Source of the DNA: Thermodesulfobacteriota bacterium
GTDB taxonomy: Bacteria > Desulfobacterota > Desulfomonilia > Desulfomonilales > Desulfomonilaceae
Direction: 5' to 3'
Assembly (NCBI GenBank): GCA_040755955.1
Contig: JBFMAA010000009.1
Span: forward strand, 1-64,000
DNA length: 64,000 nt
This document shows, piece by piece, positions 1-9,944 of this stretch. The notes beneath the pieces are model-generated. The model searched no databases. It saw only the letters and a program-made list of their open reading frames with translations, and was not told where the DNA came from. Every line of letters starts with the position of its first letter. Position 1 is the first letter of the stretch. The position numbers and the translations under genes are program-made.

Positions 1-214
1 ATAACAAATTCCTACTGCGGGGGTAAGTAACTTCTTCAACTAATTACCTCCCCCCGGACCCCCATCCTCAAGAACTCTTGGAGCATGGCGGCTCCCGCTG
101 GTCGCCGCGGAGAAGGCCGGCTCGTCGCGACGCCGGCGGGGTAGCATTTTCATGCTTGGTTATGGCCGCGTGCGGTCATGGTGGTTTTTCAAAAGGGTTT
201 CCCCCGGGAGACTT

Positions 215-823
215 TCACATAAACGGGCTCACATCGCCCTTCCCCTCACGAATTACGGTCGGTGTGTCATCCAGGAGGCTGATCACCGACGAGGGCGCGG
301 GCATAAACACCCCGCCATCCACGACCAGGTCTATTTGGCCCTTGTAGATCGAGCTTATCTCCTTGGGATCGTCGAGAAGCTGGTCGTCAGGCAACCTCAC
401 CGAAGAGCTCAGGATCGGATTCCCCATTTCCGCAACAAGGGCCAGGCATATCTCGTTGTCGGGTATGCGAATCCCCACTTCTTTCTTCCTGGTGAGCACA
501 ATGCGAGGGACAAGTCTTGTGGCTTCGAGAACGAAGGTGTACGGTCCCGGAAGGTATCTCTTGAGAATCTTATAGGCGAAGTCGGTCACCTGAGCGTAGT
601 CCGCGATCAGTTTCAAGTCCGAGAACACGAAAGACAGGTGCCTCTTGTTGTCCATCTTCTTGATACGCCGAACCCTGTCGAGCGCCTTCTTGCTGTGAAT
701 ATCGCAGCCCAGGCCGTACACCGTGTCGGTGGGGTACGCAATCACCCCGTCGGACCGCAGCACATCGGCGATCCGTTTCACGCGCCGGGGTTCAGGGTGG
801 TCTCTATTTACCTGAAGAATCAT
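215..823 (-). CDS. tsaC: L-threonylcarbamoyladenylate synthase, YrdC/Sua5 family
   Basis: 202 aa; N-terminal AYPTDTVYGLGCD motif and overall YrdC fold signature; length typical of TsaC/YciO. Confidence 0.8.
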   Translation of the reverse strand: MILQVNRDHPEPRRVKRIADVLRSDGVIAYPTDTVYGLGCDIHSKKALDRVRRIKKMDNKRHLSFVFSDLKLIADYAQVTDFAYKILKRYLPGPYTFVLEATRLVPRIVLTRKKEVGIRIPDNEICLALVAEMGNPILSSSVRLPDDQLLDDPKEISSIYKGQIDLVVDGGVFMPAPSSVISLLDDTPTVIREGKGDVSPFM

Positions 824-1988
824 GACGGTCAGTCCACTCTCGTCTGCGTGCGCCGTTTGTGAGGTCGGGGCCAGTGTAGCACGTTCTGCCGGTAATCAAC
901 ACATCCGGCCCGACTCGGCCGATCTCCACGTCCTTGAGCCGGGGAGCCTCTTCCAACCTGTCGATGCCTTCACCCGATACCCCCGATCGCGCATGGGCTC
1001 CTCCGATGATCATAGGAGCATAGTAGAACATGCAGCGGTCCACAATACCCTCGTCGAGCGCGCCCCATGCCAGACCGGCTCCGCCTTCCAGCAGAATCGA
1101 ACACACTCCGCGCTGAAAAAGCTGGTCCAGCAACTCCCTCAACTCGACTTTGCCGGCCGCTGACGTCCGCAGGATGACGGCTCCGGCACGCGACAGCTCG
1201 TCGGCTCGTGCAGACGGAGCGTCCGCGCCGGCGGCAATGACCACCCCCGCTGAAGAGGAGGGATTGAACACCTTCGAGTCGGTCGGGATTCTCAACGACG
1301 AGTCAACCACGACCCGCAGCGGGTCATGGCCGCGGCCTTCGGGAAGGCGCGTCGTGAGCGACGGGTTGTCCGCCAGCACGGTGCCGATTCCCGTCATGAT
1401 TGCGGAGACCCTGTCTCGAAGCCTGTGCACCTGATTACGAGACTGCTCTGAAGTGATCCACTGCGAGTGTCCCGTGCGAGTGGCAATGCGTCCGTCAAGG
1501 CTCATGGCGAGCTTCAAATACACGAATGGCCGCCTGAGCGAGATGTTCAGGAGATAGACCTCATTGAGTCGCCGACACGGTTCATCCATCAGCGGTCCGT
1601 GGACCTCGATCCCTGCCCTCCTGAGGGCCTGCGCGCCCCCGCCGAGAACATCCGGGTTGGGATCGTCCATGCCATACCAGACTCGCCTGATGCCTGCCCT
1701 CAGTATGGCTTCGGTGCAGGGAGGAGTTCGCCCATAGTGGTTGCAAGGCTCAAGAGTGACGTACAGGTCCGCGTCCTTCGATTGAGGCCCCGCGTCGAGG
1801 AGGGCCTGGACTTCCGCGTGTGGCATTCCCGCTGCGCGATGGTAGCCCCGGCCCACGATGCGGCCGTCCTTGACCACGACAGCGCCTACCATGGGGTTGG
1901 GCTCGGTTCTTCCCTGGCCGGCGAGACTCAGTGCAACATTCAGGAATTCAACAGGGTCAGGGGGAGTCTTCGACTTGTTGGGGCTCAT
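804..1988 (-). CDS. ribD: bifunctional riboflavin biosynthesis deaminase/reductase RibD
   Basis: 394 aa; CMP/dCMP deaminase zinc motif HAEVQAL...PCxxC ([12 protein letters not shown]) followed by RibD reductase domain ([10 protein letters not shown]); 20-nt overlap with tsaC. Confidence 0.85.
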   Translation of the reverse strand: MSPNKSKTPPDPVEFLNVALSLAGQGRTEPNPMVGAVVVKDGRIVGRGYHRAAGMPHAEVQALLDAGPQSKDADLYVTLEPCNHYGRTPPCTEAILRAGIRRVWYGMDDPNPDVLGGGAQALRRAGIEVHGPLMDEPCRRLNEVYLLNISLRRPFVYLKLAMSLDGRIATRTGHSQWITSEQSRNQVHRLRDRVSAIMTGIGTVLADNPSLTTRLPEGRGHDPLRVVVDSSLRIPTDSKVFNPSSSAGVVIAAGADAPSARADELSRAGAVILRTSAAGKVELRELLDQLFQRGVCSILLEGGAGLAWGALDEGIVDRCMFYYAPMIIGGAHARSGVSGEGIDRLEEAPRLKDVEIGRVGPDVLITGRTCYTGPDLTNGARRREWTDRHDSSGK

Positions 1989-2481
1989 CGGAGAGTCTGT
2001 CCTGCAGGCGGCGAAGCTCGCGCTCGTCTTTGAGATCCAATAACTCCTGAATTTCCCTCATGAACTCCTCGATATCCCGAAACGAACGATACACCGATGC
2101 AAACCTCACGTACGCTACCTCGTCTATCTTCTTGAGCTCTTGCATGATCCGCTCACCGATAACCGAGACGTGTATCTCCTTGTCAGACCGTTCAAGGAGC
2201 TCCTGTTCGATCGAGTCGGCAATCGCTTCGATGCGTTCAGTGGGAACGGGTCTTTTTTGACAGGCGCGGCGAATCCCTTCTATGATCTTTCTGCGGTCGA
2301 ATGCAGCTCGACGGCCGTCCTTTTTTATCACGAGGGGGAGTATTTCTTCAATTCTTTCGTATGTGGTATAACGTTTCTTACAGGAGAGGCATTCACGACG
2401 CCTGCGAATGACGGTGCTGTCTTTTCCGAGGCGGGAGTCGATCACTTTGTCGTCAATGTATCCGCAGACTGGGCATTTCAT
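1957..2481 (-). CDS. nrdR: transcriptional repressor NrdR
   Basis: [17 protein letters not shown] zinc ribbon plus ATP-cone; start chosen at internal ATG (2481) that gives canonical NrdR N-terminus; ORF upstream extension to 2610 judged non-coding; conserved nrdR-ribD arrangement. Confidence 0.85.
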   Translation of the reverse strand: MKCPVCGYIDDKVIDSRLGKDSTVIRRRRECLSCKKRYTTYERIEEILPLVIKKDGRRAAFDRRKIIEGIRRACQKRPVPTERIEAIADSIEQELLERSDKEIHVSVIGERIMQELKKIDEVAYVRFASVYRSFRDIEEFMREIQELLDLKDERELRRLQDRLSDEPQQVEDSP

Positions 2482-2723
2482 GTCGGGAAAACCTCGTGGG
2501 CCGACGCTTTTGACTGACGGTCTCATTTTACGATAAATCACCGCAAGATGCAACAGAAACTTAGAATAAGGTTGCGAGATCCGGACGAGGCCCCGTCGGC
2601 GCTGCAACACGAGGAAAGCCCGGATCGGCGCGGCGCGGCGACACGAAAGGCCGAGCGCTTGAAGTCAGTGACAAGCCGCGATATGCTGCCGCGAGCAGTC
2701 GAGATATTTGACTACCGAATGAC

Positions 2724-3245
2724 ATGAACCACCAGGCCACCCCGATTCAGCAACACGCAGGTTCCGACGGACATCTGACCGGCGCCGCATTGACCAATCA
2801 TGGTGAAAGAGGGATTGCCTCCGAGAAATCCTTCTTCAACGGTCACGTGAGGGCGATCGCCCGCAGGACCACTCGGTTGCTCACCGCTGCGGACAAGGCG
2901 CTGCTGGTCGCAGTGCTTGTCATAGGCGTAGGTCTGTTCTACGCGATGCCCAAATGGCTCGGTCGCGGCGGAGGTGGTGTAGAAGTCAGGTCAGGGAATA
3001 CTGTCGTGAGCAGGTACACTCTGGACGGGAACAGAACGGTCGCGGTTCCGGGACCTTTGGGCAAGACCGTGGTGCGCATAGAAGCGGGAAAGGTGAGCGT
3101 GATCGCGGCACCCTGCCCCAACAGAACCTGCATGAAGACCGGACCCGTCGATCGGCATGGCGGCATTATCGTGTGCGTGCCGAACCGCGTAGTGGTCAGA
3201 GTGGGTAGCGGAGTTCCGGACGATTTGGACGCGGTGACCCAATGA
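2724..3245 (+). CDS. NusG domain II-containing protein (membrane-anchored), companion of Gx transporter
   Basis: C-terminal motif APCPNRTCMKTGPV...GIIVCVPNRVVVRV typical of NusG_II family; TM helix ALLVAVLVIGVGLF; true start may be GTG at 2847; stop overlaps next gene (ATGA). Confidence 0.6.
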   Translation: MNHQATPIQQHAGSDGHLTGAALTNHGERGIASEKSFFNGHVRAIARRTTRLLTAADKALLVAVLVIGVGLFYAMPKWLGRGGGGVEVRSGNTVVSRYTLDGNRTVAVPGPLGKTVVRIEAGKVSVIAAPCPNRTCMKTGPVDRHGGIIVCVPNRVVVRVGSGVPDDLDAVTQ

Positions 3246-4246
3246 CAGACCCGGTGAGGCGTTTGGCGAGGCTTGCGGTGCTGCTCGCGATGGCCACGGT
3301 AATCCACACGGCCGAAGCCCTGCTTCCGGTCACGGTGCTCTGGTTCAGATTCGGTTTTGCCAACATTATCGGATTGGCGACCCTGTGTCTGTTCGGGTTC
3401 AAGGACGCGCTGGTGCTGACCGTAGGGAGGATAGTGTTGGGCTCGTTGGCAACCGGCCAATTCGGATCCCCCGCGTTCATGCTGGCCTTTGCAGGGGGCA
3501 TCAGTGGGATTGGCGCAATGGGACTGGCACGCAGCCTGTCGGAGCGCCTGGGAGCCCGAATCGGCAGTCGTTTCGGTACTTGTCGGTCGGTATCCGACTC
3601 CGTGGCCGGCACACCGGTTGGCCCCCGGACCGGAAACACTGAAAACCCGGGGACGAAAGCCGACGCTTGTCCCCGCAGCGGTGCCGATGGGTACCACAGC
3701 TCTTCGCAGGCCGAACAGAAGCCTAATCCCGTCAGAGCGGACGAGCGTGAAGGCATGTGCACTACTATCCTTCAATTTCTTCGCCCGCTGAGAAGATTTG
3801 TTGTGCAAATCTGCTTCGGTCGAGGGGTCTGCGGCGGTTCTTTCCTGGGGAAAGCGTGCGGTTTCCATGTGCGTAGAACCAACCAGCCCCGCCATGGGAC
3901 TGCACGCGGACCGACCAAGGTCGACGCGATTATTGATTGCGGCTCACACCCGCTCTGTGTCAGTAATGTGGGTGAGGCCGCATGCCGGAACGAAGCGCCG
4001 GCGAGCGCGGACAATGAATCAAGCAGTGGCAGTACCGGTCTGTTCTCCGAGGTCGGCATAAGTATCATTGGTGCGATCTTTCACAACCTGGGTCAGTTGG
4101 CCGCGGCCTATCTGGTGCTCGTACGAAGCGAAGGAATTCTGCTTCTCCTGCCGTTCATGTGGATGGCCGCAGTGGGGACCGGCTTTGTCAACGGTCTGGC
4201 AGCCCGGTTCGTGGTCGAGCGTCTGCGGGCCGCGTCGCAAGGTTGA
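3242..4246 (+). CDS. Gx transporter family protein carrying an in-frame ~490-bp insertion (repeat-containing); possibly inactivated
   Basis: N-terminal 107 aa and C-terminal 63 aa (GISIIGAIFHNLGQLAAAYLV...) together equal a normal ~170-aa Gx transporter; middle 164 aa is low-complexity and includes dispersed repeat family A copy. Confidence 0.5.
   Translation: MTDPVRRLARLAVLLAMATVIHTAEALLPVTVLWFRFGFANIIGLATLCLFGFKDALVLTVGRIVLGSLATGQFGSPAFMLAFAGGISGIGAMGLARSLSERLGARIGSRFGTCRSVSDSVAGTPVGPRTGNTENPGTKADACPRSGADGYHSSSQAEQKPNPVRADEREGMCTTILQFLRPLRRFVVQICFGRGVCGGSFLGKACGFHVRRTNQPRHGTARGPTKVDAIIDCGSHPLCVSNVGEAACRNEAPASADNESSSGSTGLFSEVGISIIGAIFHNLGQLAAAYLVLVRSEGILLLLPFMWMAAVGTGFVNGLAARFVVERLRAASQG
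3840..3960 (+). repeat. dispersed repeat family A copy (core GCGGACCGA-AAGGTCGACGCGA-TTGG-TGCGGCTCCCAGCC) inside Gx transporter ORF
   Basis: near-identical to copies at 6905-6990, 7075-7190, 18525-18640, 40790-40885 and reverse-complement copies at 5195-5290, 8745-8840, 24470-24570, 38235-38335. Confidence 0.8.
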
Positions 4247-4375
4247 GGTGGCCCTTCTTTCATCAATAAGGCCGGCGTGTGCTGTTCCCGTCCCTTGATG
4301 AGAGGGGAACGGGGTGGCTGAAACTGGCCGCACGTGTCACTGCGCGGCACTCTCCATACCGGGATTTCGCGTATC

Positions 4376-5179
4376 ATGCATACCGATCAACTGGAAAGCG
4401 TGCTCGAGGAACTCTACGGCAGACTCAACAGACGTGAGTTTGTGCATCCCGACCCACTCGAGTTCCTCTATCGATACCCCTACGTGGCGGATCGTGAGGT
4501 CGCTGCTCTGGTGGCATCCTCGCTTGCGTACGGGAACGTCCGGCAGATCCTGCGGAGTGTTTCTTCCGTGCTCGAGCGCATGCCCGTTCCGCATCGTTTC
4601 TTGTCACGGTCGACACGCGACTCGCTCCTGATGACGTTTGCGGGCTTCAAGCACCGGTTCACCACTGGTGCGGAGCTCGGCCTGATGCTCTACGGAGCAA
4701 AGCTGGCCATCGAACGTTTCGGGTCATTGGCCGCGTGTTTCAACGCCGGCCTGAGCCCCGACCATCAGACCATCGTGCCCGCGCTGGCAGCGTTCGTGCG
4801 CGAGCTGGCCCAGGTGTTCAACGGCAAGCCCAGAAGCCTTCTCCCTTCGCCCGACGCCGGAAGCGCATGCAAAAGACTGAATCTCTTCCTGAGATGGATG
4901 GTACGCAAAGACGACGTGGACCCGGGAGGTTGGGACAACGTGGATCCCGCCTTGCTGGTGGTTCCGCTTGACGTCCACATGCACCGCATATGCATGCGAC
5001 TGGGGCTCACCACACGCAAGCAGGCCAATCTCAAAGCCGCGCACGAGGTGACTCGCGCGTTTCGATCTATTGCCCCTCATGATCCGGTCCGCTACGACTT
5101 CGCACTCACTAGGCTCGGAATCAGGGATGATATGGACCCACGGGCCTTTCTGGACCGGTGCAGCCGGCGAAGAAAGTGA
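4376..5179 (+). CDS. TIGR02757/DUF2400 family protein
   Basis: 268 aa; conserved block LVASSLAYGNVRQI...LVVPLDVHMHRICMRLGL typical of this uncharacterised family; start at ATG 4376. Confidence 0.6.
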   Translation: MHTDQLESVLEELYGRLNRREFVHPDPLEFLYRYPYVADREVAALVASSLAYGNVRQILRSVSSVLERMPVPHRFLSRSTRDSLLMTFAGFKHRFTTGAELGLMLYGAKLAIERFGSLAACFNAGLSPDHQTIVPALAAFVRELAQVFNGKPRSLLPSPDAGSACKRLNLFLRWMVRKDDVDPGGWDNVDPALLVVPLDVHMHRICMRLGLTTRKQANLKAAHEVTRAFRSIAPHDPVRYDFALTRLGIRDDMDPRAFLDRCSRRRK

Positions 5180-5295
5180 ACCACCGCATTGCAACGCGGC
5201 TGGGAGCCCCGGCCAATGTTCGCGTCGGCCTTCCTCGGCTCGCCCGCGTTACGATGGCGGGGAAAGTTGGTTCCACGCACGTTGATACCGCAGAC
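5170..5295 (-). repeat. dispersed repeat family A copy (reverse orientation)
   Basis: ggctgggagcc...cgcatg/acgatggcggggaaagttggttccacgcacg matches reverse complement of the family A core. Confidence 0.7.
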
Positions 5296-5407
5296 TGCCG
5301 CGGGGGTAGAACAGACACATCCTACGTTGCTGAAGAGGATTCGCTCAACGAGTTCTCGCTGCCGGCCAAGAAGTTGAACCACAGCATTGCAGCGGAGGAC
5401 TGTCGGA

Positions 5408-6868
5408 TCATTCTCGGCGTCCGGGGAACACCTCGATGGTTCGCAGACAATACCGAGTGACCGCTCCAGCCTGGGCGAGGCTTCTACCCAGCAGTTCCGT
5501 GAACGCGCCGTACTGTCTCGGTCTATCCTGGGTCGCCCCGAGCATGGTCTCCTGGAGGAGAAACTCTGCGCCTTCGTCCAGGGTGAAGTCCTTTGCGTCG
5601 AGCCGCTTGTCGTCCACCATCTTCACCAGCGCCCGATCACAACGGGCGGCAAGGCTTGCAGAGATACGGCTCTCACGCTCCATGAGTGATCTCACTGTCG
5701 GTGAGCGACTCTCCCCACTCTGCCGGATCACGCTCAGCAGCATCGCGTCGGGATCTTTCTTCAGGGCTTCGTTGAGGAGATAGTGCGCCACCGACTCGAA
5801 TAGGATGTGGTGATTCTTCAGCAGATTGGCATTGCGCTGCGCAAACCCCGCGGGGTTTGGGTCCAGCATGAACCTCCGCAACAGCGAACCCAAGGAAGGC
5901 GGAAACGCTTTGGCATGATAGGGTTGAGTGAGATCCTGGATGTAGTGCATCGCCCAGGAAAGGAAACGCCACCCCCAGTAGTGTGCCTCGGCCTTGAACG
6001 CAAGTCTTGCCAGAGCCAGGCACACGCGGATGCGTTCCTCCATGAAGCTGCGCCTGAGACCGGGCCACACAGCGGTAATCAACGCAGGCTCATGAAGAAA
6101 AGCCATGTGGAACGCTGCCTGTGAGCTCTTTCCCGTGGCCGATCCGAAGGGCACCGGCCCATACGCGTAGTCCCGAACGACAAACAGGTCCTGATCCATG
6201 CCCCAGTCGGGTTCATCGGAAAACGTGCAGAGGATCTCACGCGGACTGATCTGTTCTTCGTAGGGAGTCGGGACATATGCCCTGCCCGGCGGGCCGGACC
6301 TGCCGGGGTTGTGGGCTGCGGCAGGCCCGATCTCCTCGGGTCGCATCACTCGAACGTAGGGTATGGACAGACTCGGATTGAGCTTCAACGCCTTGAGGAA
6401 CTGATCCACCGTGTCGACGTCCCTTGGAATGGCCCAGACATGAGGCTTGGTCCCGGTCTTTCGGCCGAGGGTATCCCAGTACCACCCCACGAGGAAGCGT
6501 ATGCCTTCTCTGACTGTGTGGAGGAAGTCTTCAAGCGGCAAGACAGGAACGCGTCCGTCAAGCTGCCCTGATTCCACGGATTCCAAGGCCGTTCTGGTCA
6601 GTATGGAGTGCGTGTTCCAAGAAATCCCGCGGTGTTCCTTGATCTGTGCGGCACTCCCCATTTCCGGGGCGACCTGTTCCTCGGTCGCGGTGCGCGGGTC
6701 CGCCCCCTCGGTGGATGAGGGTTCCGGTTTCTGTTTCGGCAGGTGGTCGACTGTGTTGGCCAATTCAGCTCCATGCAACTTGGCGGGCTCGGAGGCCTGG
6801 CCCACGAGATCAGGCTCCACCGGGGGGCTACTTTCCCGATAACAGCCTTTCCGAACACCCTCGCGCAT
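5408..6868 (-). CDS. zinc-dependent phospholipase C / S1-P1 nuclease superfamily protein
   Basis: HYIQDLTQPYHA matches the HYxxDxxQPxH zinc-ligand motif of Zn-PLC; WNTH near the N-terminus matches the W1/H14 ligands; no signal peptide seen; alternative start at ATG 6661. Confidence 0.55.
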   Translation of the reverse strand: MREGVRKGCYRESSPPVEPDLVGQASEPAKLHGAELANTVDHLPKQKPEPSSTEGADPRTATEEQVAPEMGSAAQIKEHRGISWNTHSILTRTALESVESGQLDGRVPVLPLEDFLHTVREGIRFLVGWYWDTLGRKTGTKPHVWAIPRDVDTVDQFLKALKLNPSLSIPYVRVMRPEEIGPAAAHNPGRSGPPGRAYVPTPYEEQISPREILCTFSDEPDWGMDQDLFVVRDYAYGPVPFGSATGKSSQAAFHMAFLHEPALITAVWPGLRRSFMEERIRVCLALARLAFKAEAHYWGWRFLSWAMHYIQDLTQPYHAKAFPPSLGSLLRRFMLDPNPAGFAQRNANLLKNHHILFESVAHYLLNEALKKDPDAMLLSVIRQSGESRSPTVRSLMERESRISASLAARCDRALVKMVDDKRLDAKDFTLDEGAEFLLQETMLGATQDRPRQYGAFTELLGRSLAQAGAVTRYCLRTIEVFPGRRE

Positions 6869-6894
6869 CGCCTACCCTGCAACCGAGGCCGCCC

Positions 6895-7000
6895 GCAGGC
6901 TGTTCCGATAACACGTGGGACTGCACGCGGACCGACCAAGGTCGACGCGATTATTGGTGGCGGCTCCCAGCCGCTCTGCACTACTATGCTGCGAAATCCT
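6895..7000 (+). repeat. dispersed repeat family A copy
   Basis: gggactgcacgcggaccgaccaaggtcgacgcgattattggtggcggctcccagccgctctg. Confidence 0.8.
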
Positions 7001-7074
7001 CGGCTGCCGCGAGGATTTCTTGTCGTAATCCGCTTCAGCAGCGTGGCAGATGGCCATGCTTCCCCCCCCGGCAG

Positions 7075-7190
7075 TGAGCGGTTTGCACGTGCGCAGAACC
7101 AACTCGCTCCGCCATCGGACCGCACGCGGGCCGAGAAAGGTCGCCGCGATCGTTGGCTGCGGCTCCCAGCCGCTCTGTGGTGGTGACCGC
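7075..7190 (+). repeat. dispersed repeat family A copy (tandem to previous copy)
   Basis: gtgcgcagaaccaactcgctccgccatcggaccgcacgcgggccgagaaaggtcgccgcgatcgttggctgcggctcccagccgctctg. Confidence 0.8.
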
Positions 7191-7408
7191 TACGCGGATG
7201 ATGAGTGTACACCCAACGATCTCCCGAAGAAGAGCGCATCACCACGCGAACGGACGAGGCCGATGAGCAGGGGTCTCAGCAGCGTCCATAAGTGGACTGT
7301 ACGTGCTGAAGGTCGTTTTGGCAAGGGCTGCTGATCACTAATCGCGGAGGTTCGGCGGTCTGGATTTTTTCGCAGTGCCGTTGTATAAGTATCTTTTCGG
7401 AGGGCCGC

Positions 7409-8413
7409 ATGAACTACCACACAGTCGAATATGGAACACTGATCGCTTCAGTCGAGGAACGCATACTCGCCGGCGGTGCACTGGAGCGCGAAGAAGGCGA
7501 ACTGCTCCTGGACTTGCCCGACGAGTTCCTCTTGCATCTTCTTGCCGCGGCGGACCGCATCAGGATACGATTCAAGGGGAGTTTCTTCGATTCCTGTGCC
7601 CTTGTGAACGCCCGGTCGGGCCGATGCAGCGAGGATTGTGCGTTCTGTGCTCAATCTGCCCGTTACGACACGGACGCGCAGGTCTACGGGCTCCTTTCCG
7701 CGGAAGAGATCCTTTCCGCGGCCCGGGAAGCCCAGGAGATTGGTGCATCCCGATTCTGCACGGTCACCAGCGGCGGCGCGCTGTCGGCTGCGGAGTTCGA
7801 CTCTCTCATGGAAGCTTTGGACCTGGTCAGATCCGAAGTGGATATCGCGCTCGACGCGTCATTGGGGTTCCTCGATGACCGGCGAGCTCAGCGGCTTCTC
7901 CGGGCCGGGGTGACCCGCTACAACCACAATATCGAGACCTGCCGGGACCATTACCCCTCCATATGCACCACCCACCGGTTTGATCAGCGCCTGGAAACGG
8001 TGCGCGTCTCGATGGAGAACGGGCTCTCCACCTGCTGCGGAGGCATCATGGGCCTGGGGGAAACGCCCGGACAGCGCCTTGACATGGCCTTCACGCTTCG
8101 AGATGTGGGAGTGGACTGTGTTCCCCTGAACATACTCAATCCCAGACCGGGAACTCCGCTCCAGAATTCGCTCCCGCCGCAACCTTTGGAAATCCTCAAG
8201 ACCGTCGCGATCTTCCGCCTGGTGCTTCCCCATGCGACCATCAAGATCGCGGGTGGCAGAGAGAAGAACCTCGGCGATTTCCAAGCAATGGCTCTCCGCT
8301 CCGGAGCGAACGGCATGATCGTCGGAGGGTATCTTACCACATCAGGACGTGCCGTCGAGGAAGACCTGCGCATGATAGCACAGGCCGGGTACACCATGGA
8401 AAGGCCGCGTTAG
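7409..8413 (+). CDS. bioB: biotin synthase
   Basis: 334 aa; radical SAM CxxxCxxC (CSEDCAFC), BioB-specific YNHNIET and auxiliary cluster residues; typical length. Confidence 0.9.
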   Translation: MNYHTVEYGTLIASVEERILAGGALEREEGELLLDLPDEFLLHLLAAADRIRIRFKGSFFDSCALVNARSGRCSEDCAFCAQSARYDTDAQVYGLLSAEEILSAAREAQEIGASRFCTVTSGGALSAAEFDSLMEALDLVRSEVDIALDASLGFLDDRRAQRLLRAGVTRYNHNIETCRDHYPSICTTHRFDQRLETVRVSMENGLSTCCGGIMGLGETPGQRLDMAFTLRDVGVDCVPLNILNPRPGTPLQNSLPPQPLEILKTVAIFRLVLPHATIKIAGGREKNLGDFQAMALRSGANGMIVGGYLTTSGRAVEEDLRMIAQAGYTMERPR

Positions 8414-8718
8414 GCTGCGTGCGGGCTCACTCGCTGCCTTAGTGCACCCCATACGTTCACACATTCCTCGGCAGTCCGGCCGGCGAATCCCGGCTGACGT
8501 GAGAAGATGTTCCCTCCCAGAGAACGCAAAGGACGCAGAGGAAGACGGCGTTCCTTGGAGTTTTTCGCTTGATTGCTGGAGTCCGTCCTTTTTGGGATCA
8601 AATGCGTCACCCCCGGCTTCGAAGGTTTCGGGAACCTTGTCTCAAGGGATCAGGCAGAACCGGAATTGGACAGACACCGCGGCGACCAGCGTGAGCCGCA
8701 TGCTCCAGAAGTTTGAGG

Positions 8719-8925
8719 GGATGGGGGTCTGGTGGAAGGGGCGTTTTTCAAAACGACGGCTGGGAGCCGCAACCAAATTCGCGTCCACCTTTCTCGGTCC
8801 GCATGAAAACCCAGGGCGGGGCGAGTTGGTTCCACGCAAGCGAAGAAAGGCACGTTGCCTTCTCCCAGAGCTGCCGGCCTGAAGATTTCTTCTCGGAAAA
8901 GGAAGAAATCGAACGTTATTAGTAA
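8719..8925 (-). repeat. full-length family A element with terminal palindromic hairpin (GGGGTCTGG-GGAAGGGGCGTTTTT)
   Basis: contains core in reverse orientation plus flanking modules also present at 16790-17012 and 24465-24640. Confidence 0.75.
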
Positions 8926-8967
8926 AACGCCCCCTCCCCAAGCGCATTTCCATGAGAGGAGATTGCA

Positions 8968-9939
8968 GTGCCGTTGATTCCCGAATCATCATATCGTGCG
9001 CCGCTATGTTTCCGGAACGGACACATACAGACCGTGTGTGCGAGCCTGTTCCGGAAGGTGCCTGGCGCGCGCTACCGACGACGACGAATCCAAACCCCGG
9101 ATGGTGATTTCCTCGATCTTGACGTGAGTTCTACAGGTGCGACCAAAGCTGCGGTCGTGCTTCACGGCCTGGAAGGGGACTCGGAACGGGCCTATGTGCG
9201 CGGCATGGTCCGAGCCCTCAATCGGGCCGGCTGGGACGCGGTGGCGATGAATTTCCGTGGCTGCAGCGGCGAAATCAACCGCCGGTTGCGTTTCTACCAC
9301 AGCGGCAGCACAGATGATCTGGACACGGTGGTGTCCCACCTCATCGCGGAGAGGAGCTACTCGGATCTGGCCCTTGTCGGGTTCAGTCTGGGCGGAAACG
9401 TGGTGCTCCGATACCTCGGTGAACGCGGACCCGACGTGCCTGAACGCATTCGCGGAGCCGTGGCCTTTTCCGTTCCTTGCGAGCTCGTCACTGGGGCCAA
9501 GGTGTTCGAGGCTCCGGCGAATACCCTCTATCTCAAGAGATTCCTGCGGATGCTGAGAGGAAAGATCCGGGAGAAAACCCGCCTGTTTCCTCAGCTCATA
9601 ACTGACGAGGGATTCGAGACGATCAAGAATTTCAAAGACTTCGACGACCGTTACACCGCGCCCATTCACGGATTTCTCGACGCGGAGGACTACTGGCGTC
9701 AAACCTCTTCCAAGCCGCTGCTGGACCGCATCAGCGTCCCCACTCTGCTGGTGAACGCGGCGGACGACCCATTCCTCTCCCCTGAATGCTATCCTGCCGC
9801 CGAAGCTGAGCAGAATCCGTCGTTCTTCCTCGAGATTCCCCGGAATGGGGGACATGTGGGGTTCGTCGCGTTCCAGCCGTCAGGCGAGTACTGGTCTGAA
9901 TCCCGCGCAGCGAGTATGCTCAACAATCTCCGCCGCTAA
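8968..9939 (+). CDS. YheT-family alpha/beta hydrolase
   Basis: 323 aa; HGLEGDSERAY...GFSLGGN nucleophile elbow (GxSxG) and overall abhydrolase 1/YheT layout. Confidence 0.75.
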   Translation: MPLIPESSYRAPLCFRNGHIQTVCASLFRKVPGARYRRRRIQTPDGDFLDLDVSSTGATKAAVVLHGLEGDSERAYVRGMVRALNRAGWDAVAMNFRGCSGEINRRLRFYHSGSTDDLDTVVSHLIAERSYSDLALVGFSLGGNVVLRYLGERGPDVPERIRGAVAFSVPCELVTGAKVFEAPANTLYLKRFLRMLRGKIREKTRLFPQLITDEGFETIKNFKDFDDRYTAPIHGFLDAEDYWRQTSSKPLLDRISVPTLLVNAADDPFLSPECYPAAEAEQNPSFFLEIPRNGGHVGFVAFQPSGEYWSESRAASMLNNLRR

Positions 9940-9944
9940 GGGCC

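Noticed and set aside
1957-2610. 217-aa version of nrdR ORF
   Set aside because: NrdR must begin with the zinc ribbon MKCPVCG; the 43 upstream codons lack any feature and would remove the intergenic region to the divergent gene
2939-3895. 318-aa ORF on minus strand antisense to the NusG-II/Gx transporter genes
   Set aside because: Mirror ORF typical of high-GC DNA; low-complexity Arg/Pro/Gly-rich translation, no motifs; the sense-strand genes have clear family signatures
6598-7334. Several 90-215-aa ORFs (6598-7245 minus; 6743-7186, 7050-7334 plus) and similar ones at 18291-18731 and 38170-38424 encoding the recurring VRRTN-PRH-GP-K peptide
   Set aside because: They are translations of repeat family A copies in different frames and strands; the recurrence is at DNA level and in both orientations, and is not a conserved protein
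7330-7408. BirA operator upstream of bioB
   Set aside because: ttgtataagtatct has only weak resemblance to the TTGTAAACC-N-GGTTTACAA bio operator; no convincing inverted repeat
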